A DNA stretch of 63,839 nt, the filler included, from Platydemus manokwari (lineage: Eukaryota), in assembly GCA_037951405.1 (NCBI GenBank). It is 6 parts of 6 records of this genome, joined end to end, with 100 filler letters (N's around TTAATTAATTAA, not from the genome) between each part and the next. Parts side by side here need not be neighbours in the genome. Positions count along the whole stretch, not along the records: positions 32,174 to 41,502 come from JBBMOY011263652.1; positions 41,603 to 50,798 come from JBBMOY011284873.1; positions 50,899 to 63,839 come from JBBMOY011894720.1; 3 more parts are not named here. One strand, given 5' to 3'. Numbering within the stretch: the first letter of the stretch is position 1; each line of letters starts with the position of its first letter. A model generated the notes under the pieces. The model did not search any database, was not told the DNA's origin, and saw nothing but the letters and a program-made list of their open reading frames with translations. This document shows positions 40,371-55,616 of this stretch, piece by piece. Made by a program: the position numbers and the translations under genes.

Positions 40371-41502
40371 TTCATTTCCCTCGACATATGGTACAGATCT
40401 CTTAGATAATATTTCACATTAAATCAAGATCCATTATGGAAAAATGTTGTCTTCCATAACAATGTGAATATGATTGTACTAATATATTTGTATGATGTTC
40501 TGTACACTGGAACTTTTTCGAATGACAATAAATAGAGAATGCTGAACTCTAACCACAATCTATTGTACTGGCATAGTTTGGCGTGCAAGATCAAAACTAA
40601 TCTGAGACCGTTTCTAAATAATAATCATTCATCGCATTGTTTGCATTCCAACTCGACCGGAATAAAAACGATGTAGAATTTGCGATAATGATATCCAATC
40701 GCCGACAATGTAACGTTTTGAAGAGATTAACGGAATTATTTGCAAAATCAATGGGATTCGATGCTATTACTGTTTGTACACCGCGCTACTTGCCACCAGT
40801 AATTCATGGACATTTTTCTATTTGGTGCTGCTCAGGTCAAATGTTTTTCATTGTGCACCAGATGATATCGATTATTCCATTAATTATAAGTATCCTATGT
40901 GCTATATTATTTATATAAATGAAATAATTTTCTCTGATTTATAAAAAGATCGATCAATCAATAATAAAATGGATGCACAAATATGTTTTTATCACTTCAT
41001 TGACAAAACCATTGATTCTTATTATTATTTATAGATTTTAATTGCAAATATTAAAATGCCTTGACAAATGTAGTCTACAAATCAGATGGAATATATAAAT
41101 ATATTCAAGCAATCATCAAATGATAGCCCAATCAAATCGTTTTAACTTTTCTTTGTAAACCTATGACATTTAAATATTGATTGTTTCATTATCAAGACGC
41201 AATATCAAGACACTGAAAATATTAATAAAATATGCAGTCTTTTATTCAATAATATTATAATAATATCGATTGTTAAAAAAAATTGTAATCAATCAATAAG
41301 TTTTTTTTAATAATTATTTTTAAGACTTTTTATTGATAAAGATATTTGACAGCAAGTTAAAATGAGAAGATTCTAAAATAATGCCGAACGAAAAAAATAG
41401 AAATTCAAGTGTACGAAAACTCAATAAGGAGGTATTGGAACAATAAATTATAGTCACGATGGATTTCAGACTAACGAAGGAATGGATCAAGTATCAGTTA
41501 AA

Positions 41503-41602
41503 NNNNNNNNNNNNNNNNNNNNNNNNNNNNNNNNNNNNNNNNNNNNTTAATTAATTAANNNNNNNNNNNNNNNNNNNNNNNNNNNNNNNNNNNNNNNNNN
41601 NN
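41503..41602. other. Artificial contig spacer
   Basis: N44-TTAATTAATTAA-N44. Confidence 0.97.
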
Positions 41603-44600
41603 CTTCAAATTTTGCAGTCAATATTCGAAACCATAGCGAAAGATGAAAATCTAAATTGTTATACTCATTTCACACATTATGATTTTAAGAAAATGAACCG
41701 ACTCTTTCTATCATTTTCTGTTCATTAATGCAATTTCATTCGATAGATTATCTGTGATTTGAGTTTGATTTACGAAATTTTATTTGACCAAAACTTTGAG
41801 CTACTATAATACATTTTTTCATTTTAGGAAGCTTCAATATATATTGTAATTGTTTTCAATCTTATTACTTTTATTTTTATTTTTATTTAACGAACATCAT
41901 AGTTTTCTTGTTCAGTTCATTCAAACAGCCAGTATTGAAAAAATAAATAAAAGTCCTTTCTGTGAATATTTTCAATCTCATTCGACTCGACTATAAAATA
42001 ATGTGTATATTTTAGCGTAATAAATCAAGGTAAGACCATAGCGGAACAAACATGTTTTATTCTACTTATTTAAAGAAGAACATCAAAGTTTGTTTTATGA
42101 AATCATTTTCTCATTAATAGTTTTATTCATTAACAATTTGATCTGTTGGAAACAAATCTGAGAACAAAAAAGGGAAAAAGAATTATCTAAATGATTGGAA
42201 ATTAAATTATTATAACTGTTCGAATAACTGAATATTATTTGGTATGGCAGAAATGAATGCACCAAACTCAAATCTTTTCTAGAAGAAACTCAATTTACTG
42301 TGGTAATTTAATTTAAAATAGTTTTTCCAGTTAATTCTTTTATCGTTGTTGAATGGGTGGGGTGGAGTGATTTGTTTTTAATTCTCTTGGCGATTCCAAT
42401 CACTGCATAATTATCAATATTTTATTTTCTTTGATTTAACTATTTACCGCAAAATCTAAATATTAATCCACAGAAACTCTTTCCAAGTGCTGTTAAAGCC
42501 GTGTATTGAAATAAATGATCATTTGATTTGGACTGAAATTATCATATATTATGCTATTAATATTTTTATAATTATATTATTTTATAAGCTATCGAACTAG
42601 GCTTATAATATAATCAGTGAAGTGTACTATTACCAGTATCATTATGATCATTATTATAACTATTGTTATATTTGGTCTAAATTATTCCTTAACATTCCTT
42701 AACAATTGTTATTTTATTTAAAGGTTTTATTAGATTTAAATCTAAAAGAATATATTATTTTATTTAGAAAAACCACACATATAAGAATTAGAAAATTTTA
42801 AAATATAATCGATTATAAATTCCATAAATTTAAATATCTTTAATCAAAGTCTTACTTTATATACCTTCAGAATTTTTATAATCTCAAATTTTTTAAGTTA
42901 ATCTTGTTAATATTTCTCACGTGTTAATAATTGTCATTATATTAAAAAATATCTGTTATAAAGATTTAAATCAAGGATCAAAGTAAAATTGTTAATACCA
43001 ATTCTTCAATGGCAAGCGCCATAGCAACTTTAAATAACTTGATTTTAAATACCGTGCTAAAATTAATGAAAAGTCATAAAATCATAAAGCAGCAACGAAA
43101 ACTCTTACATACAATCAAATAAGACTGACTTTGATATGAACTCTTATACGAGAATGAAATTCTGAAAGAAGTGCTTCTACTAGGATAAATTAAAGTGTGT
43201 TATGAAAATTTCGAATGCTTCAAACCCAATGTATATCGTAAAATCCTAATTAACTCGCCAATTAATTAAATTGTTCTATCGCTTACGTTTAGTGACGAAT
43301 TACTTAAAAGCAGATTTGTTATAAATGATGTTGAATATTCTTGTTATGACTGGGAATGCATGCTTCATAATGTGATCAACAATTTCCTCAACCCGTCTCA
43401 GATGTAGATTATGCGATTATGTTTTAAACAAATTATAATTTTCAACATCCTTTGGTCGTTACTATAGCTAGTTTCTCTGAAATGACTCGCTTACCGAATA
43501 AAAACTCAACTTTGGTTTTGGAAATTATTATTTATAATTAGATTATTCAATGTCAGAGAAATATAAGAGAAATATAACAGTATGTATATAATGGAAGAAT
43601 TTATAATATGAAATTAATCGATAATTTTCATATCTATCAGGATATTGGACAACTTATTATTTCGAATCTATTATCAACAGCATCATTGTTATCTATAAAA
43701 TATACAATTTAAATTATTATATTGGTTAATATATTTTATTATAATTTAACAGGCCAGTCAAAGTCGATATATTTCCAAATTATTTTTGAATTCACAATAA
43801 CCTACTGTTACAGTTAAAAGCTGTTATTAATACCATTTTACACATTTTATATTATGCTGTGGGTGTGTATTATCATATTAAGGCATTTTATACTTTTCTG
43901 TTACACGCTACAGTAATTGGATTCAATCAACAATAATAATGTATTCCCTGCCTTCAATATAACTGTCATGGACTTCAAGAAACGCAATGATGCGTGACCT
44001 TTTCGTGGAAAGTCAAATACTATTTTATTAAAAGGGCTGGGAAGATCGAAGGTTATCAATATCGATTCGTTTAAACTAAAATTGCAAAATTCAGATTATT
44101 TACATAATAAAAAATCAAATCAAATAATAATTGCCTTTTAAAAGTTTCGGAGCTGCCAGCTGCAAACTTATTTTAGTCCTTCATAAACCCCATCAATGGC
44201 CTGGTTCTGAGACATTTCTCAGAATGAAGATGTTTGTAAAAATAGCTGTTTATACAGCCCATCTAATAACAATCAGCCAGCAATAATTCAAATAACTCAA
44301 AATCCGAAATTAATATATTGTGATTAGATTTACTAAAAATTTTCAAACTAATTTTGTGATATTCATTTTAGGCTAGAGCTACTAACAAAAAGATTCTGGT
44401 TGCATTGGAAATTTAGCTGAAGATTTGATTAATGGTCACATATCGGTGAGATAACATCTAATTTTAATTAATAATATTATAATTACCTATTTTATGTATA
44501 GTACGTGTTTACGTGTTATTTACAAATACCGATAAAATATTAATTTTAATTTTCGTTAAAATTCGACCATCATCAAGAGACCAACATTCTCTTATTGGGC

Positions 44601-45454
44601 TGTCAAGAGTTTGGACATACGTACACACTAGGTTAATATTTTTAAGTAATAATAATTTTAATTAATAATTGCTTTGCATTGTTTGGTAATATAATCTTTA
44701 TTTAATAATTTTATATTTCATTTGAATATCGTAGAGAACCGGGTTGAAAACTATCAACTTTATTGATACTTTTATATTGAAATAAGTTCGGAATTGCTCT
44801 AACTTAGCGGCTTTAATACTCTAAATTTTACTTCTTTTTTGTCTTGGATTGCACTTAGTTGAAATAAACGCTTCAGTATTTATAATACACATTTCAGGTA
44901 GTAATTAAAATTACCACGCGGTACAAACCCCTTTAATAATTGTCAACAGTTGATAATCGAGGACTTGGTCCTGATATTTTCAATGAAAATACTAGCTGAA
45001 AATCTATTTCCAGATACAATCACTAATTAATCTGATTAGAATAAAGTTCGTTCTAAACTAACAAATAACACCTTTCACAATAATACCAATATTGGCTCTA
45101 CAAGTTCACTAGTTGCAAAGTGCAAAGATTAAAACAATAATTCATTTTCCAATGCTTTAATAATTTGGTTGAATGACGGCTTCAAAGAGTTTTTTCCATT
45201 CTTCACATAATAATTTTCATCGCACTTTCTTTCGGTTTTCAGATTCGACATGAACATTTCTATTTGCAAAGCCAAACATAATATAATTAACATTGATCTT
45301 ATAAATCATTAAATTATTAATTAGCTTTTTATTTCATTTTAATCAATTATTAAATTTTATTTTATTGATATTCATAATCATGCCTTTTACTGCTTACATA
45401 CCGATTAAAATATTATTCTGATTCCCGTACGTATTAATTATGAAATATATAAAT

Positions 45455-46235
45455 CGTCATTTCCTTTAAATTTCAGTTTTGCAACCATACTTCTCCCAGA
45501 ACCCGTAGACTCAGGTTTCCCGGGGACTTATAGCAATGATAAATTATATTACTATAACTAACTGTCAGTTGGCATAGTTTATGGTTAGAATTAGGACGGT
45601 ATCAAATCGTCTTCGATCCTCTGACCTTCGTTCTTGATTAATGAAAAAATTCTTGGCAAATGCTTTCGTAGTAGTTTGTCTGCGGATGATCTAAGAATTT
45701 CACCTCTAACGCCACCATAGAAATACCCTGCAGTCTCTTTTATTCATTACTACAGTTTAGAAAGCCAACAAAATCAAACCAAAGTCCTGTTCCATCATTC
45801 CATGCAGCAATATACAAGTAAACACCTGCTTAAAGCACTCCAACTTTTTCAAAGTAAATTGGTCGGTTATTATCGAGATACAATAAAGCACCCCGACAAT
45901 ATACGCGACAGTGTATGACACGACGAAATGATTATCAATCATAGATTTCTGATGATTTTGTATCCTCGATTTCAACTACGAGCATTTTGACTGCAACAAC
46001 TTTAACATACGCTATTGGGGCTGGAATTATCGCAGCTGCTGGTAATTACCAGACTTGCCCTCCAATTGATACTTGATAAAGTATTTAAAATGTTCTCATT
46101 GAAATTATGAAACCCCTAGGGACCATGTTGTTATTTTTCGTCACTACCTCACCGAACCGATATTGGGTAATTTGCGCGATTGTTGCCTTCGGTGAGTGTA
46201 GTAGCCGTTTCTCAGGCTTCCTCTCCGGAGTCGAA
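45455..46235 (-). pseudogene. 18S rRNA pseudogene fragment (central part including V4)
   Basis: The reverse complement contains GCCTGAGAAACGGCTAC, GAGGTAGTGACG, TTGGAGGGCAAGTCTGG, AAAGTTGTTGCAGT, GAGGTGAAATTCTTAGA, CATTAATCAAGAACGAA and GTATGGTTGCAAAACTGAAA. The universal GTGCCAGCAGCCGCGGTAA motif is mutated and carries an insertion; both ends are truncated. Confidence 0.93.
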
Positions 46236-47569
46236 TTATGAACAATTTATTATTGAATAATAGTAAATATCAATAATTGGAAACGATTAATCTAAATAGA
46301 AGTACCATCACAAGATTTGATGAGAGCCATTTTAAGAATGGATCTCGGATAAGTCAGATGGACCAAAATACAATCTTTAGTGAGAGAATTAAAAAATCAT
46401 TATGTATCATTCATGAAAACTTTTTTGGGATGATTTCAAGGACTGAAACATGAATGAGTATTATATTCAACAACATACAGTAATGGATTATTTTTATTTT
46501 ACTGTGAATCCTATTTTCTTTTTGATAAAAACACAACAAGCATTGTAATTTACTGTCGAGATAAAAAATTGGTGATTATAAATTTTTTATTAGCCTATTA
46601 TATTCAAAATAGTCGTTCTGTTTTATTCGAGAGATATTAGTTAATTATTTAGTAACATTTAAACAAAACGTTACACTTTTTGTCATAAAACCGTGATACT
46701 CACGGAGTTCAAATAGATCTTCAACGAAATTAATGTGACACATAATATGACAAAATACAGCATTGTTCTTTAACTTATTAATATTTTTAACATTTCTTGA
46801 GCGAAGAATTAATGAAATGAAGCACATTAATCTTCATTGCAAATTTTGTATCTCAATTCAGAAAGTTGTAGGCCTGAAAAATTAACAAAATCTAATTTAA
46901 TCATTCGCTCTGCATTGGGAGTCATTTCGTAAAGCTAACAAAAAGGGTTTCGTAATTGTTGACTTAATAATGTACTTTAGTAAAAATACAGGTCCCTTAA
47001 CAATTTCAGTTATTATTTCGGATGCTATAGTTTCACAATATTATGAAATTTATCTACAGCAGACCAAAGATAACATGAAATTTATTGAAATATAATAATA
47101 ATTATAGTAATAATAAATATAATAATAATTCAATAATAAAATTTAATTTCGATGTAACGTTGTTGATTTTAAATGTTGTAGATTTTAGTGCTATTGTGGC
47201 TGTAGAAAATATACTAGCTCCCAGATAATGGTACCAACTTTAATCTAAATAAAGAACGAATATGAGAGATTTTTTGGTATGGACAACTTGTTTCCACCTA
47301 ATACTATACTCCACACGTGTGATGATTTGACACGCATAAATTTAAATTGTTATCACTAAAACGAATCTATAAATTGCGATGAAAATTAAAATAACAATTT
47401 TTTCTTTTTCTGAAATAAAATGTTTTTAAAAATTTTATTTGTTGTCTGACTCTTATTTTTTACTGCCAATTTTTATTTATTTTTGAGCACTATTAGCTGT
47501 ATAAGGCCAAATTTCAGGTATAATACTACTCGCGATTTACATTAACATTTGAGTTTTTTATTGGGCAGC

Positions 47570-48250
47570 ATTGAAATTTTATCATACATTTGCATATGCA
47601 GACGGAATTATCGTAATTCGAACCACAGGGAAGAACTCCAACATAGCTCTTGAATGGTTGTCTACCTTTTGGACAGAAGATTATCCAAGGTCAGACATAC
47701 TATTCGGCGACGTCGTAGCTTTGACATACATATGAAAAAGCATGACGAATAAAAATTCTCATTACTATTTTGCTAAATCAGCCCATAATTATTCTTCAAT
47801 AAGCTCAGAAATTGTTTATCTTTTAAAAGCTTACAACTTATCGATTTGCCAACTCAACACAAAATTCTACACGCGTATAGTTCAATTAAAAAAAATCGAG
47901 AGATAGAAGCTATTGTCTCAACTACTCATGTGTGGAATTATCGATCGGGAAACTATGTTGGTATATAATCTTCCCATTAGAAGCAGCAAAATCAGAAACA
48001 AGCGAAAGAAAAACTAAATACTTGCAACGTGACCAAAGTAACAATTACTTCCTAATTTTTCTAGAAGCTTATAATGCATTTAAAAATGATTACCATTGCT
48101 ATCGTCAGTGTCTTGGGCTAAGCCCAACCATTATTTAATTAAATTTGAAACATATCAAAGTAATCTTCCTCTCTCTGTGCAGTTGCCGGACTATTATGTC
48201 CCAACTATCATCAATAAATTTTAGGACCTTGCAACTTTCCGCACAGGGGA
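47570..48250 (+). mobile_element. Possible decayed non-LTR (LINE) reverse transcriptase remnant
   Basis: HTFAYADGIIVI resembles the LxYADD catalytic motif; the rest is disrupted and the boundaries are approximate. Confidence 0.35.
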
Positions 48251-50798
48251 CTTGTAATCTTATAACAAGAAAATAGCAGCTAATTAATTGGATCTTAAAT
48301 ACTACCTCTGGTTATTTGTTAGTCGTTATTGAGTCAATTAAATATTGTATATCATTCTTAATAGTAATCAATAATTTTATTTTATTTTAGAGCAATTATA
48401 TATTGTCATATTTATTGTTTTATTTTTTCTATTTATATATAAATAAAATTATCATTTATATACACTGTCTTCTGTAGTCAGGCATATAAGTGCTTATACA
48501 TTTATCAAATAAAAACCTTCTGAAGTTTGGATCTAATGAAAACCAAACACTTTATATGTGTTCTACAATCAAGTCTATTTTGACTGTACATTAAATGTCA
48601 TTTTTTATCTTAATTAAAACGCGTGTAAGAGTTCTAAAATTTCAAGATTGAAGCATTGTAAATTCCAAAAGATAGTCAAGTGATTTTCGGAATTCGTAGT
48701 TCTTTATGATCATCAATTTCGAATAGAACATTGAATTTCCCATGGATAATTGGTTTAATAGTTGAATCGAACCCACAACTATTTTACTCAAATTTATTGC
48801 CACGATCATCATTAACCTTGGTCTACTTTTATAATTCCCTTTGGTTCTTCATAATAGCATATAACCGATCGGTAGTAAGAGTTAAAAAATAAAAATTCAT
48901 TTGAGATACACATATTGTCAATACTAAATATCTTCTGCTTATTTAAAGTTGAAAATGAGTTTATCCACGAATATACTTACAGAGCAACCTTTCAAAACCA
49001 TAAAGATAATATCGGTACATAGAATAAATTTCAAATGATATTTAAAAACCTAGCGACAAAAAATCAAATTTATTTTGAAATAATTTCCCACAATCGTTAT
49101 TGAATTAAGTTATAAAATATATGAAAATGTGGTTGTTACAGATCAATTAATACATCTCAGTTTTTCATTCCTAATTCTTTTGAACGCTATTCGAATTTGA
49201 ATATCGACAAATGGTTACAATATTTCATCGAAATTTCTTCCGTAATGCTACAAAGATCAAAAATTAATCCAACTGTTTTCGCAAAGTTTGTAGTCAATGT
49301 TTTCGAGAAATGGGATTTATCTGCTTATTTTGTTAGGATTATTATTATTAAAACTCAGAAATTGTTGGTTTAAAATTAAATTAAATTACCGAACATTTGA
49401 ATCGAATATATGTACAAATAAGTTTTACAGTTTCACTTCATTGTTTATAAAATACGAAAATCGGGATATTATTGACTAATGAGAAATAAATTAAATATCT
49501 TACGAATCAGTTATTAACGAAAAAGAAGTAATCAATTTATCAAAGCCAAGAAATGTGAAAAAATTCATCTTCGCTAATTTTAATCGACAGGTTATGATTT
49601 TACGCTTTTTGGGAATTTTATCATTAATTAAAATATAATGGCGATGATACAATTAAAAGCATTTCGTCATAAAGTTATACATTTCATATAAGGTTAGAAT
49701 TAATAAATTCATTTAACTCCAAAATAAAAAATCATTTGACATTGATTAAATCATTTTCCTTTAAAACCGGATTTTTATGGAATTACTTACAATAATAAGT
49801 AACGAAATGGATAACATTTAGTTGTCGTTGTAATGAAAATATTCGGCTTATATTTAGATTTTGATCTTTTCGGTTAGAAATTTTTTAATAAAGCTTCATA
49901 ATTATATTTAAGTAATCAAAAGCATTCACGTAATGATGTTGTTACACAAATATTTCGTTAAGCATTTTATAAATTACCAAAATTATTAATACTTTGAAAA
50001 CACGACTCAAATTGATATTTGCACTTTAAAACAATTTTAAATCAGAAATATTTTTACTAAACTAACTATAACAATCATTAAGTTAAAAATTAAAATAATA
50101 TTTTTATATAAACTTTAAGTTTCGATTTTATAATATTAACTTCAAAATTAAATTTTTCAAAATTGAAAACATACCGAATTGCATTATCTTTATTTCGAAA
50201 CTAAATTTTTTATGATGAATTTTATTTATTCTTAAATTAAATTTATAATTTTAAAGATTGTCATGTCAACCAAATTAATAAAATTTTTAAATTAAGGGAG
50301 TTTAAAAAAATAAAAAATAATTAAGGACAAAGTAATAAAACATTTTTAAAATTTACAAAAGTGATGGGAAATCGTAGATACAAAGTACCGAATTTCAGCA
50401 TCTATATAAGCTGATGGATTTTCATCACAATTCACTCTTAAAAACTTCGAGCTGAAATTTCTTGTTGAAAAATCTTAGATTATAGTAAACAGGGAAATCA
50501 CGACAAACGGTAAATCAACAATAATATAATATCTTTAATAGTTATAATACTAAATATTAATGTAAATTCTTTTGAATTCTTTTATAATAAACTTTTTAAA
50601 GCAAAACCATAAATTATCAGGTTCCTGGTGAGATCATTTGACCTTCTTGTTTCATAAAATTCTTGGTTTGACTTAAACGTTTGTTTTGAGTTAATGTTAT
50701 TAATCAATTTGTATCATCATAAGTAAGTGTAATTTAATTGTTTGTTATTTGATTTGAGTGATAATTTTAAAATCATATTGAAGAACTTACGCTGTTAA

Positions 50799-50898
50799 NN
50801 NNNNNNNNNNNNNNNNNNNNNNNNNNNNNNNNNNNNNNNNNNTTAATTAATTAANNNNNNNNNNNNNNNNNNNNNNNNNNNNNNNNNNNNNNNNNNNN
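50799..50898. other. Artificial contig spacer
   Basis: N44-TTAATTAATTAA-N44. Confidence 0.97.
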
Positions 50899-51301
50899 TT
50901 TATTTTAAAATCAATTATCAAATTTTATTGATTTTCTTAAATTTAAATAATTCTGGTAAAGTTTTTTAATTTTAATTGTATTGAATTATTTATTTTTTAC
51001 AAATAAAATCATATTGATTTAATTATAAAATTATAATTAAAATTCAGCTCATTGATCGATTAAAACAAATCGATATATTGATTATTTTAAACAAACAGAT
51101 TTTGTTTTTGAAATATAATAAGCATTTTCATTTGTATTTAATATTGAATTAAATCAAATATAAACTGTTTTGTTATTGATTATTTATTGATTTTTTTTAA
51201 CATTTTGATATTATGAGAAAAATAAATGAAAAATAAATGAAAAATTATTGAAAAAATTGATATGAAAAGAGCTGGTTTTTATCGAAAATAATCCAAAACA
51301 G

Positions 51302-54300
51302 GATCGAACAATTCAAAATTGGATTCAAGAACGATTGCCATTGAAATTATTGATCGAATTCAAGATCAAATGTGATTGTGGTTATAATTTCACACCACAA
51401 CTCCAATCAGATTTAGCTCTCCATCTTTCAGTTCCCTTTCGCATTTATTCCGGTTGGGATTCTTGTTTTGTTTTTCTTTTATGTTTATCTCGACAATTGA
51501 TTGGTCTCGATTATTTGCCATTTCAGATAACACCGTGTTTTCCATTGAAAAATTATTGGACAATTATTTTGTACCGGAAAATATCAACGATTTTCCTTGT
51601 CTCAACCCCATCTGTAGTGGCTGTAAAATCACAAAATGCATCATTCTCCAACGCCCGCTTCCCAATACGCTTTGTTTGCATATCCAACGATCGTTTTGGA
51701 ATCCACAAACCAATATGATGGAGAAAAACAATGAGAAAATTCATTTTGAAGAGAAATTGATTTTAAAAAGCGATTTCTTTCATGATGATAGAAATTATTG
51801 TCAAGGACCGATTATTTCTGCCGTTTCTACAATGCTTTCTATCACTGATTCCCTTGACGACATGATTAATGGCAAATCTGATGACTTGCCAATTTGTGAT
51901 AACCCACTCGTTAACATGGGTGACCATGGTAACAACTCAATTATTGACCACCAAGACGATGAAATTGACAATGATAATGATGATAAAAATATTGATTCAC
52001 CCAATATTGAACATTTTCACGGCGGAGTCGGAGGTGATGGTAATGATATGACAAATAGTAATTGCTCCATCCTTAACAATTCCGATGTCAATCACGACAT
52101 TATTGACAACCCGGACAACAAAATAAATATCGATTCTTTCAAAAATGACCACCGATGTGATGGAATTACCAATGGTGATGGCATTATTAATGCCAATATT
52201 CCAATTGGTGACGTTATCGATCTAAAAAATGATGATTCATTCAATAATCATTGCTCAAAAGATGAGACAAAAAATATTGACAACCTGGATGATCGGTTTG
52301 GTGATATTAATCGGATCAATGATTCAGCTGGCAATGTTATTGATTCAAATAGTGCTGAGATTGTAGCAGATTCTAAAACAGTTGCATCCGAAATAACCAA
52401 TGGTGATGACCAATCAAATCAATTGGAACTGAAAGATGAAATATTATCGAGTAGTGATGATCATTTATATCAACATAATCGATATCAAGCTGATGAAATC
52501 GATGAAAAAGAGATTCCACTTGATGATGAAGTGTAAAATATTTTTTTTATTTTAATATTTTGAAATAATCCATACATTTTCAATTTATTGATTTATTTAA
52601 ACAAATTGTATTGATTATCAATATTTAAATTAGTATGTGTCTATGTGACATCAGTAATATTATTATATTGATTAATAATAATATTTATATTTGATGATGC
52701 TTCATTAAACCGATGTTATTTCAATGACATTTAAATATCCAATAAATGCCTTTTAATATCATCATAACCAAACATCCATTCAGCATTTACAGAATTTGAT
52801 TGAATTTGATTGGCTGAATTAAGTGCTAGTTATTATGCATATATATTATAAAGTATTTATATTTTTAAATATGTTATTGACTATTAGAACTTGAAATTTT
52901 TCTCACATATCAACATAGATTATGTAAACATCAATCGACTTTATTAATGAATTGCATCGATAATCACATTCAATACATTTTTATACGTAATGTTTATTTT
53001 GTTTTGATTAAATTATCAAGTTATATTGTCGAAATACGTTGTTGGCGATTCGTATTATTTAGATTGATCATTATTAATTTATTATTGATATATAAGGACT
53101 GATTCTAAAATACTCATGGCTCACTCGGTTTACTTAAATTATTTATTCAATATCTCTAATAATCTTCCTAAACCCAATATATATTTTTCTTATATTTTTT
53201 TCATATCGATCCTTTATTTTCCTTTATTTACTGTTGTTTATTGTTCTATCTTCAATTTTAAAGCTTGGCTAATAGAAATGTTTCCGTTGGATTTATGTAT
53301 TTATTGCTTGGCTGCACTATTATCATCACGATGATGTGATAGCGATTGTGTGTGAAATATCCTTGAGTATGAATTGATTATTCTCCCAATAATGAAATGA
53401 AAAGACTGCAATGCTGGAATAACAATGAATCTCCCGTCGAGACGATCAATAGTTAAATCAGTCACAATACACTCAATATAAGAATATTTTATAAAGAATT
53501 ATAAATCGTGTTATAAATACGTGTTATGGTACCTAATTCTCTATGACAGACAAATAAACTTACAGATCTCCTTATCTTAGTGATGCAGTTATAATTATAG
53601 AAATAACCAATTAAATGTTTACTTTTTCTTTATTAAAATTTATTAAAATTATGTTATGGTTTTTAATTATTTGATAAATGATTAAATTACGCTCCGGCAA
53701 TTATTACCCCCTCGGAGCAGGAGAAATAGTAATTTGGGGGGGGGGTTATTTTATTTCATTATTTCGCTTATTCCATTATCTCATCAATATTTCTACTTTA
53801 AATGTCCATCAATTCTCGCTGCGTAACTCTTTACAGAAACAATATTCTACATTTTATCATCAACACTTGAAATGGCTTTAAAATTAAATTCGTAAAGAAA
53901 TTAACGAATTATTTCTGATAAAATTATCTATCGATATTGCCGATCGAGTGGAATTTGGCTTTCTGTCATTGGCCAATATATTCCTAATAATATGATTAAA
54001 CCAATATTGCTTTTATATTCGGTAAAATTAGCCATTTATCTTTTGTTTGTGCTATTTTTACATATTGTTTCGTTCATACTGAAAATATGACCAGTGTGAT
54101 CATAAAAAAGATAGATAGAAATCTTATCATATTTAAATATGTACATATAAAGATCCAACCCCGGAACAAATGGATATAATTATATATTATTGATGCGTGA
54201 AATCTGATTATTTAACGGAAGTGGATGCTTTGTTGTTGCACATCATTAATTATAATTGATATTGTTCGGCTGTCAACATCGATTAATAATGAGATATTTT

Positions 54301-55616
54301 CCCCCTTGTCGTATCTTGTTTTATCATGAGAATATTAAATGAATTGGTAATGCGAATGTTTTCCTAGAAACGTTAAGGATATTTCAAATACTGAAAACGT
54401 TTCATTGAACAAACCTGTCATTGCCCAATCGACAACCGATAGAACGACAGACTGTACCAACAATCTGGATGTTGTTAATAATGTCGTAAATAATGAATCA
54501 GAAACTATAGAGAATAAAAATACATTTTTTGAATCAATTAATGGACTAATTGGCGAGCATGTGGATGACAGTTCAGATAATCTGGGAACCAGAAAACCCA
54601 TAATCGATAATTATCAGGAATTAGTAAAACCTTCCTCTCTTTCTAAGGATGTCGATCAGATAAATGAAGACAAGAATGGATCAATATTGATAAACATGCT
54701 TTCTCAGACAAGTTTGGACACTGATAATAAAGGTACATCTGTTACTATGAAGCCAGATCAACCTTTGAAACCTTCGGATGATATTGAAAAGTTTGATTTC
54801 ACCATTTATATTAAATAATTTTATTTTTTTTAATATTATATTTAGTTAAAAATCATTTTATTTAATTTTTTAGATTTTATAATTATTATTTATTATTATT
54901 AATTTTATATTTTTAATAATTACTTTATAATAACATGGTGTGTGCCAAATATTGGAAAATAAATTAGAAAAGAAATTGATTTTAATTCTTGCCAAGACCT
55001 TGTGTTTATGATAGACACTGTTGGTTTATCATTTACTATTGTTGACAAACAAATTGATTTCAGTTGTTTCCGTATTGTTAAAAATCATGAAAGAAATCAA
55101 TAAATTAAAAATAAAATACCATTTCGAGAAAAAAATCATTTTTCGAAATGGAATCTTAAGAAAAATTCAGCTGGTGGAAAATATTCCAACTTTAAAGATT
55201 GAAACGAATTTCTTATATCTTGTCATGAATGACTGGGTCATATGAATCTATTTAAATGTCACCGATAAATTATACCTGAGATTTCATAATATCCATGACA
55301 ACAAGTTTGGCGAACAAATCACGATTGAATGAGAAATTATCGAAATAAGAACTGGTGTGCTGATTTCAAAATAAACGCTCTTACAATAACAACCAGTATT
55401 ATCATGTGATTATAAAATATTACTTTATTCAGAAACGAATATATTCTCAAATCCGTTATTGTTCATTTCGGGCGAGCGGAATCAGGCCATTATATTTGCT
55501 ATAGAAAATGTGCTGAAAAATGGTTTTGTACCAATGATAACTTTATCACTGAAGTAACGTTTAATGAAGTTCAAAGCTCACAGGCCTATATTTTGATGTA
55601 TGAAAAATCTAGTTGA
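51302..55616 (+). CDS. Ubiquitin-specific protease (peptidase C19), USP30-like; last 4 exons, Cys box absent from this contig
   Basis: Exons 51302-51452, 51527-52532, 54368-54790 and 55433-55616 join in phase. Motifs CDCG, PNTLCLHIQRSFW...KIHFEEKL and the His box YILKSVIVHFGRAESGHYICYR...WFCTND...AYILMYEK-stop. Confidence 0.88.

Noticed and set aside
45757-45975. 72-aa ORF in the track
   Set aside because: Lies inside the 18S rRNA pseudogene; spurious.
46300-46445. Merlin/ISXO2-like remnant (FDESHF...FFGMISR) beside the 18S fragment
   Set aside because: Two tiny islands with no TIRs or TSD; cannot support capture of the rDNA.
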